DNA of 64,000 bases from an uncultured Bacillales bacterium (GTDB lineage Bacteria > Bacillota_I > Bacilli_A > RFN20 > CAG-826), in the NCBI GenBank assembly GCA_902464635.1, contig CABQKC010000009.1, positions 4,224 to 68,223 on the forward strand, in the 5' to 3' direction. The translations under genes were made by a program, and so were the position numbers. Below are positions 10,088-19,761 of the stretch, piece after piece; positions within the stretch are counted from its first letter, which is position 1, and every line of letters starts with the position of its first letter. A model generated the notes under the pieces. It made no database searches. It was given only the letters and a program-made list of their open reading frames with translations, and had not been told where the DNA came from.

Positions 10088-10273
10088 ATGAAAAGAATAG
10101 ATTTGTTTTTTACTTGTTTTGTTTTGATCGGATGTTTCTTGCTTTTAGGTGGTTCAATTATATTCTCAAGTCAAGCTGATGCTGCTATGTCTACTTCAAT
10201 TGGATTCTTTCTTGGTGGCGGAATAAGCTGCCTAATCGGCTTAGCTGGGTTACTATTCTGCAAGAAAGAATAA
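10088..10273 (+). CDS. Small two-TM hydrophobic protein (paralog of 44463..44639)
   Basis: 61 aa with two hydrophobic segments. GGGGGAGG SD upstream, an extended -10 (TGCTAGAAT) and a long terminator hairpin downstream. A second copy elsewhere in the window supports it as a real gene. Confidence 0.65.
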   Translation: MKRIDLFFTCFVLIGCFLLLGGSIIFSSQADAAMSTSIGFFLGGGISCLIGLAGLLFCKKE

Positions 10274-10295
10274 ATTGGGATACATAAAGAAAAGC

Positions 10296-10370
10296 CTCCG
10301 GATTGAAGTGAGACCCAAATGTTGGACAAACAACAGGAGGGTCTCACTTCAGATTAACGGAGACTTTTTT
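10296..10370. terminator. Long bidirectional hairpin terminator
   Basis: Perfect 13-bp stem TGAAGTGAGACCC/GGGTCTCACTTCA (10304-10316 / 10339-10351), extended by CTCCG/CGGAG (10296-10300 / 10358-10362). T-run at 10365-10370, and a T-rich tract on the other strand as well. Confidence 0.75.
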
Positions 10371-10391
10371 GTTTGAATGTTATTTACTTGC

Positions 10392-11351
10392 TTACTTTTC
10401 TTCTTTAAAAGCAGAAGCGAGAACTTCTGAAGTAGAGGCTAGAGCTTGCAAGTTTGAAGGAAGATAGATCTTCGTGGATTTACCATCTGCAATCTTTTCT
10501 AGAGCTTCATATCCTTTGATTGTTAAGACTGAATTGTCCGCCCCTGCCTCTTTAATGGCCTTGATACCATCGGCTTCGGCTTCCCTTACCATCCTTATAC
10601 CTTCGGCTTCGGCTTTCTTTAAGGATAATAATTTCTGGGCTTCACCTTCAGCTTTCTTGATCGTGGATTCCTTTTCGGCTTCTGAAGAAAGAATCATGGA
10701 TTCCTTATTACCTTCAGCGATAAGGATAGCAGATTGCTTTTGCCCTTCTGCAAGAAGGATCTTTTCTCTTTTCTCTCTTTCAGCCCTCATTTGACGTTCC
10801 ATGGCTTCTTGGATGTCTCTAGGTGGAAGGATGTTCTTTACTTCTACCCTAGTGACTTTAATTCCCCAAGGATCAGTAGCTTCATCAAGTGTCTTTCTCA
10901 TCTTTTCATTGATGACATCCCTAGAAGTAAGGGTGGAATCTAAATCTAGTTCACCGATGATATTCCTTAATGTCGTAGAAGAGAGGAATTCAATGGCTTG
11001 TACTGGATTTTCGACTCCATAGGCATATAGCTTTGGATCAGAAACATAATAGAAGACGACTGTATCAATTTGGATAGTGACGTTATCGCTAGTGATGACA
11101 TTTTGAGGAGGGAAGTCTTTTACTTGTTCCCTCATATCGATACGGTGTGCAAGTCTATCAACAAACGGTACCTTGAAATGGACGCCTGTATCCCAGGTAG
11201 CCCTATAAGAACCTAATCTTTCGATAATTCCCTTTTCGGTTTGGGAAATGATCTTGATGTTACAAAGCAAGATAAGCAAGACGAGGACGAAAATCGAAAC
11301 TAGCACAATTAGGGCAATTGCATACCCTGGTAAACCTTCTAAAACTAACAT
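10392..11351 (-). CDS. SPFH/band-7 (stomatin/slipin-like) membrane protein
   Basis: N-terminal TM segment, an SPFH core (IIERLGSYRATWDTGVHFKVPFVDR ...) and an Ala/Glu/Lys-rich coiled-coil tail. Confidence 0.9.
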   Translation of the reverse strand: MLVLEGLPGYAIALIVLVSIFVLVLLILLCNIKIISQTEKGIIERLGSYRATWDTGVHFKVPFVDRLAHRIDMREQVKDFPPQNVITSDNVTIQIDTVVFYYVSDPKLYAYGVENPVQAIEFLSSTTLRNIIGELDLDSTLTSRDVINEKMRKTLDEATDPWGIKVTRVEVKNILPPRDIQEAMERQMRAEREKREKILLAEGQKQSAILIAEGNKESMILSSEAEKESTIKKAEGEAQKLLSLKKAEAEGIRMVREAEADGIKAIKEAGADNSVLTIKGYEALEKIADGKSTKIYLPSNLQALASTSEVLASAFKEEK

Positions 11352-11356
11352 TTTTG

Positions 11357-11803
11357 TTACTCCTTTTTAGATTTATCTATAAACAATTTATTCCCAGCGA
11401 CTGAGACAACTCTTGCAACTTCCCCTTCTTCAAATGTTTCATTTGTAAGAGTCGAGGCAGTCCAAGTCATCCCGTTTACCTCTATTTCCCCTGGTTGAAG
11501 TGAATCTACTTTAGTTAGGACAATTCCTTTCTTTCCAACAAGGTTATCAATATATCCCCTGGTCTTTTCTTTTTTGGCAGTCCATTTCTTTATAAATGGC
11601 CTCATCAAGAAGAAGGAAATCAAGGAAACTCCTACAAAGATAATTATCTCACCCCAATAAGGAACTCCTGGAATAAAGGATACTGCGAATGAGATAAGTG
11701 CTCCAACGCAGAACCAAATAGAGACAATCGCTTCGGTCGAGGCCTCAATAATTAAGGCTGCAACGGCAAATATTAGCCAAACTAGCCACATCCATTCTTC
11801 CAT
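11357..11803 (-). CDS. NfeD-family membrane protein
   Basis: 148 aa with N-terminal TM helices plus a C-terminal OB-like block (GKKGIVLTKV...GEIEVNGMTWTA). The nfeD-SPFH operon order is canonical. Confidence 0.85.
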   Translation of the reverse strand: MEEWMWLVWLIFAVAALIIEASTEAIVSIWFCVGALISFAVSFIPGVPYWGEIIIFVGVSLISFFLMRPFIKKWTAKKEKTRGYIDNLVGKKGIVLTKVDSLQPGEIEVNGMTWTASTLTNETFEEGEVARVVSVAGNKLFIDKSKKE

Positions 11804-11805
11804 AA

Positions 11806-12177
11806 TTAATTGACCTCCTTACCAGTTTTTATTATAAGATATTCATTTTCTTCATCATATATCGACTTATATTTTTTAGGGATGGAAGAGAAATTTATAT
11901 TTAACATCTTCCCTAAAGTCGACATAAGGGATGTCGATGAAATTCGCGAATAGCTTTTCTTGTTTGCTACATCGAAGCAGGAATGGGGATCGATATCTCC
12001 TAGAGAATACCTATCTTTGCTAAGTGGCCTAACAATGACATTTCTATCATCATCTACCCCCACTTGGACTTTATAAGCGTCAATTAAAGAAATAGAGGCA
12101 ATAGAATTAAAAGTCATATTCGTTGAATAGCAAGTTACTATTCCTTCCTTTTCTAGTTCATTTATCCATTTGATCAT
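11806..12177 (-). CDS. Hypothetical protein, first gene of the nfeD-SPFH operon
   Basis: 123-aa ORF that ends 2 nt before nfeD, with an SD-like GGAGGG upstream. No motif recognised. Confidence 0.5.
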   Translation of the reverse strand: MIKWINELEKEGIVTCYSTNMTFNSIASISLIDAYKVQVGVDDDRNVIVRPLSKDRYSLGDIDPHSCFDVANKKSYSRISSTSLMSTLGKMLNINFSSIPKKYKSIYDEENEYLIIKTGKEVN

Positions 12178-12293
12178 AATGCCCTCCTGGTTATATTATC
12201 TAATAATTTCAAATCTTTTCAAGAGTTTTCAAAAAAATATTTTTTTATACAAATGAGATTAAAATGTTATATAATTCACTTGGAGGTAAAAAT

Positions 12294-12881
12294 ATGGACA
12301 ACAAAGACTATATCAATGAATATGAGCAAAAAATGAAGCAAGAGCCTTTCTGGAACAATAAAAATAAAGGTAATTACAGTCTATATAAAAAGATATGTAA
12401 GGACCCAACTGACCTAAAAAAGGCTAAAAAGATAGGTATTATATTTTTTATCGTATTTTCAGTTTTGTTTACTATTTCCATGGTCTTGATGATAATTGGA
12501 ATAGTAAATTCAAGAAATATAGGATTTGAGGTATATTTTCCTGGTTTTATGATTGCTCTTGCAATATCTATCTTCTTCCTCCAATTCGCACTTATTGTTA
12601 TTAGTCAATATAGGAGAATAAATAAATTCCTAAAAGAAAAGAATTCTAATAACAATAATATAGATTCTAATGATGGGCATGTATTTGAAACCGAAAGCAA
12701 TAACCACGGTTTCTATGCCCCAAGTTTTGATTCTAGCGATAGATTTATAAATAAAGGCACGACAAAAGAAGAGAATCTCTCTAAAAGCGAAATCTCAACA
12801 AAAGTATGTTTAAAATGCGGATATATAAATCCTAAAGATGCTAAATTTTGTTCCCAGTGTGGGAATGAATTTAAATCCTAA
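12294..12881 (+). CDS. Membrane protein with C-terminal zinc-ribbon
   Basis: Two TM segments and a C-terminal CLKCGYINPKDAKFCSQCG double-CxxC motif. The start is moved to ATG 12294 because GGAGG (12282-12286) lies 7 nt upstream. Confidence 0.6.
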   Translation: MDNKDYINEYEQKMKQEPFWNNKNKGNYSLYKKICKDPTDLKKAKKIGIIFFIVFSVLFTISMVLMIIGIVNSRNIGFEVYFPGFMIALAISIFFLQFALIVISQYRRINKFLKEKNSNNNNIDSNDGHVFETESNNHGFYAPSFDSSDRFINKGTTKEENLSKSEISTKVCLKCGYINPKDAKFCSQCGNEFKS

Positions 12882-13258
12882 TTATCCTTCAAGGGTTTTA
12901 AAGGAACATAAGTCCTTATTAAACAAAGGCAAAGGTCTTTTAATTCAAAGCTAGAGGAAGGGAAGATATACCCTTCCCCTTCTCCATCTTCTTTATCCAT
13001 AATCTCAAAATCCTCGGCTATATCGAGGGTTTTTTTAAACGGTTCACAGGTAAGTGAATCTGAAAGGATTACATCTGCCTTAACTATTACATTAGCCCTT
13101 AGATAATTATCTTCATCACGGTAAAAATATCCATTGATATTAGAAGAAGTTACTTCTAATAAAGGATAAAGTTTCTTGCATTCTTCTTTTGAGTAGGAAA
13201 AATCTTCATCGAATTCAAGATCTTTATTTATTAAGACACTAGATTTAAAGATAATCAT
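12878..13258 (-). CDS. YceD/DUF177-like acidic protein
   Basis: 126 aa and acidic. SLTCEPF and C-terminal VPLKPL blocks resemble DUF177. Overlaps the pheT stop by 4 nt (ATGA). Confidence 0.55.
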   Translation of the reverse strand: MIIFKSSVLINKDLEFDEDFSYSKEECKKLYPLLEVTSSNINGYFYRDEDNYLRANVIVKADVILSDSLTCEPFKKTLDIAEDFEIMDKEDGEGEGYIFPSSSFELKDLCLCLIRTYVPLKPLKDN

Positions 13259-15642
13259 TTCCTAATCTCGCAATGTAACTTAGCAAGGGCATCAATTGCT
13301 TTAGCAATGGCTAAGTTAGCCTCTTCGTCAGTAAGAGTCTTATTTTGGTCAAGCAAGGTAATCCTTATGGCCATTGATTTTTGTCCCTTTAACAAACTAG
13401 CACCTTCATAAATATCAAAAGCCTCGACATTTTTAATCAAGGAAGATGACTTGCCTACTTCCTTTTTAATCATGGCTAGGCTAGTTTCTTTTGGACAAAG
13501 GAAAGCTAAATCTCTTGTAACGAATGGGAATTTATTTGGAATAATGGCTTTTGGGGAGCTAGATTTGACACTTAATAAGGCAGTTAAATCTAGTTCAAGC
13601 ACAACTGCATTCTTCAAACCATATTCTTTTAATCTATTTGGATGTAATTCGCCTAAGACCCCAACTAATTTATTATCAATCCTAATCGAAGCACTCTTTC
13701 CAGGATGAAGTTCTTCTAAAGCGGATTCATATCTAAGGAAATTGATTCTATTTGGAGTGATATTCAAATAATCTACTATTCCTTCTAATATTCCCTTGGC
13801 ATCATAGAAATCATATGGTTTAGCTTCTAATAATCCCCTATTTAATTTATTCCCGCTTAAAACTATACCCAAGTGGGTTCCTTTATATTTAGGGGTATCG
13901 ATATCAGAAACTTCGAAGACACCTAGATCCTTATTTTGTCTAGAAGCGTTATAGACGATAGTCTCAATTAAAGATAAAGTAAGTCCTTTTCTAACTACAC
14001 TTCTATCTTCACTCATTGGATTAGAAAGAACATAGGCTTCTTCATTATGGAAGAAATTGAATCTATCTTTATTCTTCTTACTAATTAATGTGTAGGTTAA
14101 AACTTCATCCAAACCTAAAGAAGTTAGATAACGTCTTATATGTCTTTTCTTTTCTTGATTTGGAGTCAATCCAGTTAATGATAACTTGGTTGTTGGAAGA
14201 GTAGAAACAACATTTTCATAACCTAATATACGGATGACTTCTTCGCTTAAATCAGCTTTTGTATCAATATCTAGCCTATATAAAGGCACTAAGAAAGTAA
14301 GCTTATTATCCTTATCTTCTTTCAATTTGAAATAATCTCTTTCTAAGGTTTTTATGATTGTATCCTTACCAAAAGAAGTACCTAATCTAGAATCGATATA
14401 ATTTGCATCAAGGCTAATCTCATCTTGTTTAGTCTTAATTGATCCATAATTATTTAAAATAGAAATCGAAGAAGCTTCTCCTAATTCCTTTAGGTAATAT
14501 AAGCAGGCATCGATAGCCTTCTTTTGATAGGAAGAAGATATTCCTTTTACAAAACGCAAACTCGAATCGCTAGAAAGTCCGATTCTAGAAGAAGTATGAC
14601 GGATTGGGGCACCTTTAAAATAGGCAGCTTCGATAACAATATTCTTGCTAGATTCATCTACCATGCATTCTTTTGAAGTCATAATACCAGCTAGACACAT
14701 GACTTCATTTTCATTAGTAACACACAAATCACCCTTTTGGAGTTTATATGTATTGTCATCCATGGCGACAAAATCGCCTTCGATATCATCCTTCACAATC
14801 AATGATTTGGAATGTAATTTATCTAAATCATACATATTGATTGGCTGGCCTGTAATAAGCATGACTAGATTGCCAATATCAACGACATTATTAATCGACC
14901 TAATCCCACATCCATTCAATAAGGATACTAACCAGGTCGGTGATGGTTTTGTCTTGACATTTCTAGCAATGCCACCATAGAAAATCGAGCAATTTGGAGT
15001 CTTTGAGCCCAAAATGAAATCATTATCGATATCCTTGACTTCAGGATATTCATCGATATTGACTTCTTTTTCAAATAAACATCCAACTTCTAGGGCAACA
15101 TTAGACAAAGAATATAAATCTGGACGGTTTGGTAAGATTGAAATATCTAAAATTGCATCATCTAGGCCAAGATAGCCCAAGACATCTTCATTGCCAGGAA
15201 CTGCATCGCTAGGTAATTCTTCAATCCCGCTAGTTTGCTTTTCGCTTAAATATTTGCTATCTACCCCAAGTTCAAGCAAGGAACAGCACATTCCATCGCT
15301 AAAAACACCCCTGATGGTAGATTCTTTTATCTCGATTTGAGGTAATTTGGCCCCTACTCTAGCTACTATTACTTTTAATCCAACTCTAGCATTTGGGGCA
15401 CCGCAAACTATTTGATGGGTCCCATATTTATCGCCTTCATATACTTCTAAAATATGCAAATGGTCGCTATCTGGATGAGGGACACAAGACTTGATCTCGC
15501 CAATAACTAGATTACTCCCGGAGGCAAGATAATCAATCCCTTCTACTTCAGCCCCGGCAAAAGTCAATTTGGAGGCAACTTCATTAACGTCGATATCACC
15601 TAGATCGACATGTTTTCTTAAATATGAAAATGGTACTTTCAT
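13255..15642 (-). CDS. pheT: Phenylalanine--tRNA ligase beta subunit
   Basis: 795 aa, with tRNA-binding N-domain, B3/4, B5 and FDX-ACB-like C-terminus; follows pheS. Confidence 0.97.
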   Translation of the reverse strand: MKVPFSYLRKHVDLGDIDVNEVASKLTFAGAEVEGIDYLASGSNLVIGEIKSCVPHPDSDHLHILEVYEGDKYGTHQIVCGAPNARVGLKVIVARVGAKLPQIEIKESTIRGVFSDGMCCSLLELGVDSKYLSEKQTSGIEELPSDAVPGNEDVLGYLGLDDAILDISILPNRPDLYSLSNVALEVGCLFEKEVNIDEYPEVKDIDNDFILGSKTPNCSIFYGGIARNVKTKPSPTWLVSLLNGCGIRSINNVVDIGNLVMLITGQPINMYDLDKLHSKSLIVKDDIEGDFVAMDDNTYKLQKGDLCVTNENEVMCLAGIMTSKECMVDESSKNIVIEAAYFKGAPIRHTSSRIGLSSDSSLRFVKGISSSYQKKAIDACLYYLKELGEASSISILNNYGSIKTKQDEISLDANYIDSRLGTSFGKDTIIKTLERDYFKLKEDKDNKLTFLVPLYRLDIDTKADLSEEVIRILGYENVVSTLPTTKLSLTGLTPNQEKKRHIRRYLTSLGLDEVLTYTLISKKNKDRFNFFHNEEAYVLSNPMSEDRSVVRKGLTLSLIETIVYNASRQNKDLGVFEVSDIDTPKYKGTHLGIVLSGNKLNRGLLEAKPYDFYDAKGILEGIVDYLNITPNRINFLRYESALEELHPGKSASIRIDNKLVGVLGELHPNRLKEYGLKNAVVLELDLTALLSVKSSSPKAIIPNKFPFVTRDLAFLCPKETSLAMIKKEVGKSSSLIKNVEAFDIYEGASLLKGQKSMAIRITLLDQNKTLTDEEANLAIAKAIDALAKLHCEIRK

Positions 15643-15653
15643 TGTTTTACTCC

Positions 15654-16685
15654 TTATTTACCCTTGAATGGGGAAAGGAAACGGACATCATTTTGATAGA
15701 ATCTTCTGATATCATCGATTCCATATCTTAACATGGCAACACGTTCAACTCCGACCCCGAAAGCAAATCCAGACCAGACTTCAGGGTCATAGCCACACAT
15801 TTCTAGGACTTTTGGATTAACCATCCCAGCGCCTAGAATCTCAATCCATCCAGTATTCTTGCATAAGGCACAGCCTTTGCCATTGCAAGAAAAGCAAGAC
15901 ACATCGACTTCAACACTAGGTTCGGTAAATGGGAAATAAGATGAACGTAATCTTATTTGCCTTTTTTCTCCAAACATCTTCTTCGCGAACAATTCTAATG
16001 TGGCCTTTAAATTGGCTATTGAGATATTTTTATCGACAACTAACCCTTCAATTTGGGCAAATTGATGAGAATGAGTCATGTCATCATCATCTCTTCTATA
16101 GGCTTTTCCTGGGCAAATAATCTTAATTGGGGTCTTTATTGCTTTTTCTTTCATCGTATGAGCCTGGGCTGCGCTTGTCTGGGTCCTAAGCAATAAAGAT
16201 GAATCAAAATAGAAAGTATCTTGCATATCCCTGGCTGGATGATCGGTAGGAACATTTAGCAATTCGAAATTATATTCGTCAGTCTCAACGTCTCTTCCTT
16301 CTTTTACTTCATATCCCATATCTAGGAATATATCGGTAACTTCATCAATAATTAGATAATATGGATTGGTCCTGCCTGGAGTAACCTCTCTTCCTGGAAG
16401 AGAAATATCGATAGTTTCTTCTTGCAATTTCTTATTTAAAGCCAACTTTTCAAAATAGGCCTTCTTTTCTTCATAAGCTGCATTTAACTCATTCTTTATT
16501 GCATTTACTTTCATTCCGAAAGCAGCTTTGTTTTCTTTTGCCATTTCCTTCATATATCCCATCAAAAAGGATACTTTTCCCTTCTTTGATAGGTATTTAG
16601 CAAAAAATGTATCTAGTGTAGATGAATCGGAACAACTATTTAATTCACTTTTGCCGTCACTTAAGACCAAATCCAAATCTTCCAT
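15654..16685 (-). CDS. pheS: Phenylalanine--tRNA ligase alpha subunit
   Basis: Class II motifs (HPARDMQDTFY, GKAYRRD, FAFGVGVERVAMLRYGI). Confidence 0.97.
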   Translation of the reverse strand: MEDLDLVLSDGKSELNSCSDSSTLDTFFAKYLSKKGKVSFLMGYMKEMAKENKAAFGMKVNAIKNELNAAYEEKKAYFEKLALNKKLQEETIDISLPGREVTPGRTNPYYLIIDEVTDIFLDMGYEVKEGRDVETDEYNFELLNVPTDHPARDMQDTFYFDSSLLLRTQTSAAQAHTMKEKAIKTPIKIICPGKAYRRDDDDMTHSHQFAQIEGLVVDKNISIANLKATLELFAKKMFGEKRQIRLRSSYFPFTEPSVEVDVSCFSCNGKGCALCKNTGWIEILGAGMVNPKVLEMCGYDPEVWSGFAFGVGVERVAMLRYGIDDIRRFYQNDVRFLSPFKGK

Positions 16686-16689
16686 TCTT

Positions 16690-16950
16690 TTCTCCTAAAA
16701 ATAAAAAAAGGCATCTATTTAGGAACGATAATTACCGTGGTGCCATCCTTATTCCTATCTATATTAATATATAATATATAGATAAGCTCTATTCCCTTTT
16801 AACGCAAGGATACGGGTTAGTCTCCTAACCGCCTTCAAGGGTGAATTCATAGAAGTTAGTTCAGGGGGTCTCACTATCTCCCTGTCCCTTTAAGCTAGCT
16901 TTGCTCTATTACTACTTCCTATCGCTAGGCTTATAAATTCTATAGCAAAT
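16690..16950 (-). promoter_or_regulatory. T-box leader of pheST (Phe specifier)
   Basis: On the minus strand, GGATGGCACCACGG is a T-box variant (plus-strand 16735-16748). It is followed by a U-rich terminator before the SD. The candidate specifier is GAA-UUC-A (UUC = plus-strand 16843-16845). Confidence 0.8.
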
Positions 16951-17005
16951 CAAACCATAAATAAAGGAAGATAAAGGTTTTATTTGCTTAGTTTCAATTC
17001 ACATT

Positions 17006-17041
17006 AAAAAGGAGTCCCCATTTTTAAGGAAACTCCTTTTG
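17006..17041 (-). terminator. Terminator after lipoprotein gene 17056..17604
   Basis: AAAGGAGT/ACTCCTTT 8-bp stem (17008-17015 / 17032-17039) flanked by A and T runs. Confidence 0.7.
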
Positions 17042-17055
17042 TCAATTATTGGGTA

Positions 17056-17604
17056 TTATTCTAAAATGGTAAAATCATAGACCATTTTCCCTAGGATTAT
17101 TTGGCTACCATTTTCATCTTCTGAACCCATTAAACCTGCAGTCTCGAAATGTAACTCTTTATAATCGGAAGAAAAGTAACGATATTCACATTCAAACAAG
17201 AAACTTGGAGTCTCACTATCCCCTTCTTGTTTTGCTTCTGTAAATGAGATTTGGTCCCAAGCGAAGCTATACAAGATATTTTTATCGAATTCAATTGTAT
17301 AAATCAGGTGAGAAGTTTTATTCAAACTCCCTTCCTTCCACCTAATCGCACAGTCAACAACGCTAGTAAATTCAATGCTGCAATTGCTATATTCTATGCC
17401 ATATTGACTGCTAACTAACGAAAATGTTGAAGGATACTTCAATTTAAATTTCTCGGATGTCGAAGTAGATGTAGATGTTTCGATTGTTGAAATATTAGGT
17501 TCAGTCGAATCATTAGTTTCCATAGAAGATTCGCTAGTCGAGGTTGGCTTAATGTCACAGGAGAAAAGCATAAGCGGCACTAATGCAAACATAATTTTTT
17601 TCAT
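17056..17604 (-). CDS. Lipoprotein (Ser/Thr-rich linker)
   Basis: Signal peptide MKKIMFALVPLMLFSCD with a lipobox Cys; TSTSES-rich linker. Confidence 0.7.
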   Translation of the reverse strand: MKKIMFALVPLMLFSCDIKPTSTSESSMETNDSTEPNISTIETSTSTSTSEKFKLKYPSTFSLVSSQYGIEYSNCSIEFTSVVDCAIRWKEGSLNKTSHLIYTIEFDKNILYSFAWDQISFTEAKQEGDSETPSFLFECEYRYFSSDYKELHFETAGLMGSEDENGSQIILGKMVYDFTILE

Positions 17605-17770
17605 TTATCAGTCTCCTTTTTTATCTTGATGAGGCAATATTCTTCATTATGAATGGATTTAGCCTTATCAAGCTGCAGGGGTCATTTGCTTTTATGCCCC
17701 TTATATTTTGAATTTAACATTGCTCCAATTCGTGTCAACAAAAAATATTTCAGCTAGAAAGACTGAGCAA

Positions 17771-17806
17771 AGAAAAAGCCATCTAGATTATTAGTCCAAA
17801 TGGCTT
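17771..17806 (-). terminator. Terminator after lipoprotein gene 17816..18934
   Basis: AAGCCAT/ATGGCTT stem (17776-17782 / 17800-17806), then TTTCT on the minus strand. Confidence 0.6.
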
Positions 17807-17815
17807 AGTGAGTAA

Positions 17816-18934
17816 TTAATTATTTGTAGCAGGATCTTTTTCCTTGACGACTATTTCTTCATATTTATCTAGGTCAACTGGGAACATCGGGGCAATTCCC
17901 TCATAACTAAATTCAAATTCGCCTGAATAAGAGAATTTGCCAAATGGGAAGGCTTCATCATCAGGATAAGCTGCGACTAATCCATCATGATCGAAACTAG
18001 AGATATTCAACGAAGAAGACATGCTAGAAATGCCCTTATCATCGTATCCAATCGTAGTCACGAAGGAATTAAATGTCGCATATTCCATGTATTTATCATA
18101 TTTTTCCATGACTTCCTTTTTAGCAGAGGAAGCGGAATCCTTAGCAGATGAATCAAGTTCGCTTGAACCGATATCATAAGCTGCTTCTAAATATGATTTG
18201 AATTCTTCTTTGGTTGTTGCCCTTACAGTAATCTTATTGCCTTTAAATTCGAATAAAGAAGGAACATCGTTATGCAATTTACGCAAAACAGTGACATCAA
18301 CATCGAAATTAGACATGACATCATTTACTTTATTTAACCCTTCTTCATCTAGAGTTACCTTTGCCTTATTTGATTTTGGGAAAGTAACATCGTATGGGGA
18401 ATATTGCTTTACGACCAATTTCATTAGGTTTGTTACTAATTTGAGGGAAGGATCAGAATAATCAACATAGACTGTCCCGTCTTTGATATAAGTAGCAACG
18501 GATAAATCCTCGATTCTAGGTGTAAAGGAATCTACAAGCATTCCATTGAATTCCATATCTGTATTGATTTTTAATGTCGCACCTGGAGCGTCCTTTCCAT
18601 CGCCTTTGCTAATTATGCTAGCCTGTAGTTGCTTTGCATCCTTAGTTGCATAATTTGAATATATTAAATCTAGAGGTAGATGCTCTACTTTTGCTTCTAG
18701 GTAATTCCATTTGTTATTATTTTTTACTTCAACACCGAATTGGCCATAAATTGGGCTATCGACGGTCTTAATCCTAGCCTTATCAGCTTCGCTAGTCTTC
18801 TTCGCGGCTTTTTCAGCTGCATCAAAAGCAACTTCTGGAGTGACAGTCTCGACTGAACTGTTTTTAGAAGCGCACGCTCCTAATGTTAAGCTAAGGAACG
18901 TAAGAGGAATTAATTTGTAACAATTCTTTTTCAT
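17816..18934 (-). CDS. Lipoprotein
   Basis: MKKNCYKLIPLTFLSLTLGACAS signal peptide with a lipobox. The track's TTG start (18952) is replaced by ATG 18934, which lies 6 nt downstream of TATAAT. Confidence 0.7.
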   Translation of the reverse strand: MKKNCYKLIPLTFLSLTLGACASKNSSVETVTPEVAFDAAEKAAKKTSEADKARIKTVDSPIYGQFGVEVKNNNKWNYLEAKVEHLPLDLIYSNYATKDAKQLQASIISKGDGKDAPGATLKINTDMEFNGMLVDSFTPRIEDLSVATYIKDGTVYVDYSDPSLKLVTNLMKLVVKQYSPYDVTFPKSNKAKVTLDEEGLNKVNDVMSNFDVDVTVLRKLHNDVPSLFEFKGNKITVRATTKEEFKSYLEAAYDIGSSELDSSAKDSASSAKKEVMEKYDKYMEYATFNSFVTTIGYDDKGISSMSSSLNISSFDHDGLVAAYPDDEAFPFGKFSYSGEFEFSYEGIAPMFPVDLDKYEEIVVKEKDPATNN

Positions 18935-19032
18935 AATTTCATTATAAAGCAAGTATAAAGGTGTTCAATAAAAAATGTTTATCTAATAGATAAGAATGGT
19001 CAAAAATAGGGAATTTGTCTAAACAAAAACTT

Positions 19033-19761
19033 CTATTTCTTATTCATTCCATACATCAATATCGAACCCGCTACACCTACATTAAGCGAATCCATATTGT
19101 CTATATTTATATACAAAGAGGAGGAGCATAGATTGATATTGTCTTTATCCATGCCTATTCCTTCGTTCCCAAGGCAAATGATATATTTTTTTGGTAATTC
19201 CTTTATCAATTCAAAATCAAGCGAATCTTTTAAAGCACTTGCATAGACAACATATCCGTTTTCTTTTAATAAAGGAATTATCTTTTTGCCATCTAATTTA
19301 GAAAATATATTTAGCTTGAATATCGCCCCTTGGCTAGAAGCAATGGTTTTTGGATTATGTATAGAAGCGCATCCATTTAATAAATAGATATCTTTATAGC
19401 CAAAACAAAGTGCACTTCTAAGTAAAGTCCCGACATTCCCGGGGTCTTGCACTCTATCTAAAAGAAGTCCTTTATTTGAAGTAAACATCTTCATTTCTTT
19501 CTTCTTACATATCCCTAAAATTGGTTCAGGGTTAGTAGAAGTCGCCATTCCTTTTAATATAGAAAATGGGATAACATGGGTTTTTATTCCCTTAAAGTCT
19601 TTTTCTTCCGTAAGGAAAACCTCAACTAGGCAAGAAGCAGCTTTTGCCATCTCGATTAGATGGAATCCTTCAACCACAAAATAATTTTCGTCCCCATTTT
19701 TAAGGATAGATTTATAACGCTTTATGGAGCTATTTTCTTTCGAGGAGATATGATCGATCAT
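19033..19761 (-). CDS. TrmH/SpoU-family RNA 2'-O-methyltransferase (YsgA-like)
   Basis: SPOUT blocks DRVQDPGNVGTLLRSA, LGNEGIGM and SLNVGVAGSILMY. The position upstream of pheST matches Bacillus ysgA. Confidence 0.85.
   Translation of the reverse strand: MIDHISSKENSSIKRYKSILKNGDENYFVVEGFHLIEMAKAASCLVEVFLTEEKDFKGIKTHVIPFSILKGMATSTNPEPILGICKKKEMKMFTSNKGLLLDRVQDPGNVGTLLRSALCFGYKDIYLLNGCASIHNPKTIASSQGAIFKLNIFSKLDGKKIIPLLKENGYVVYASALKDSLDFELIKELPKKYIICLGNEGIGMDKDNINLCSSSLYINIDNMDSLNVGVAGSILMYGMNKK

Noticed and set aside
16751-16790. AT-rich inverted repeats in the pheS, ileS (5310-5328) and thrS (61122-61148) leaders as possible operators
   Set aside because: Each sits immediately 5' of the T-box sequence, where the variable stem III hairpin of T-box riboswitches is expected.
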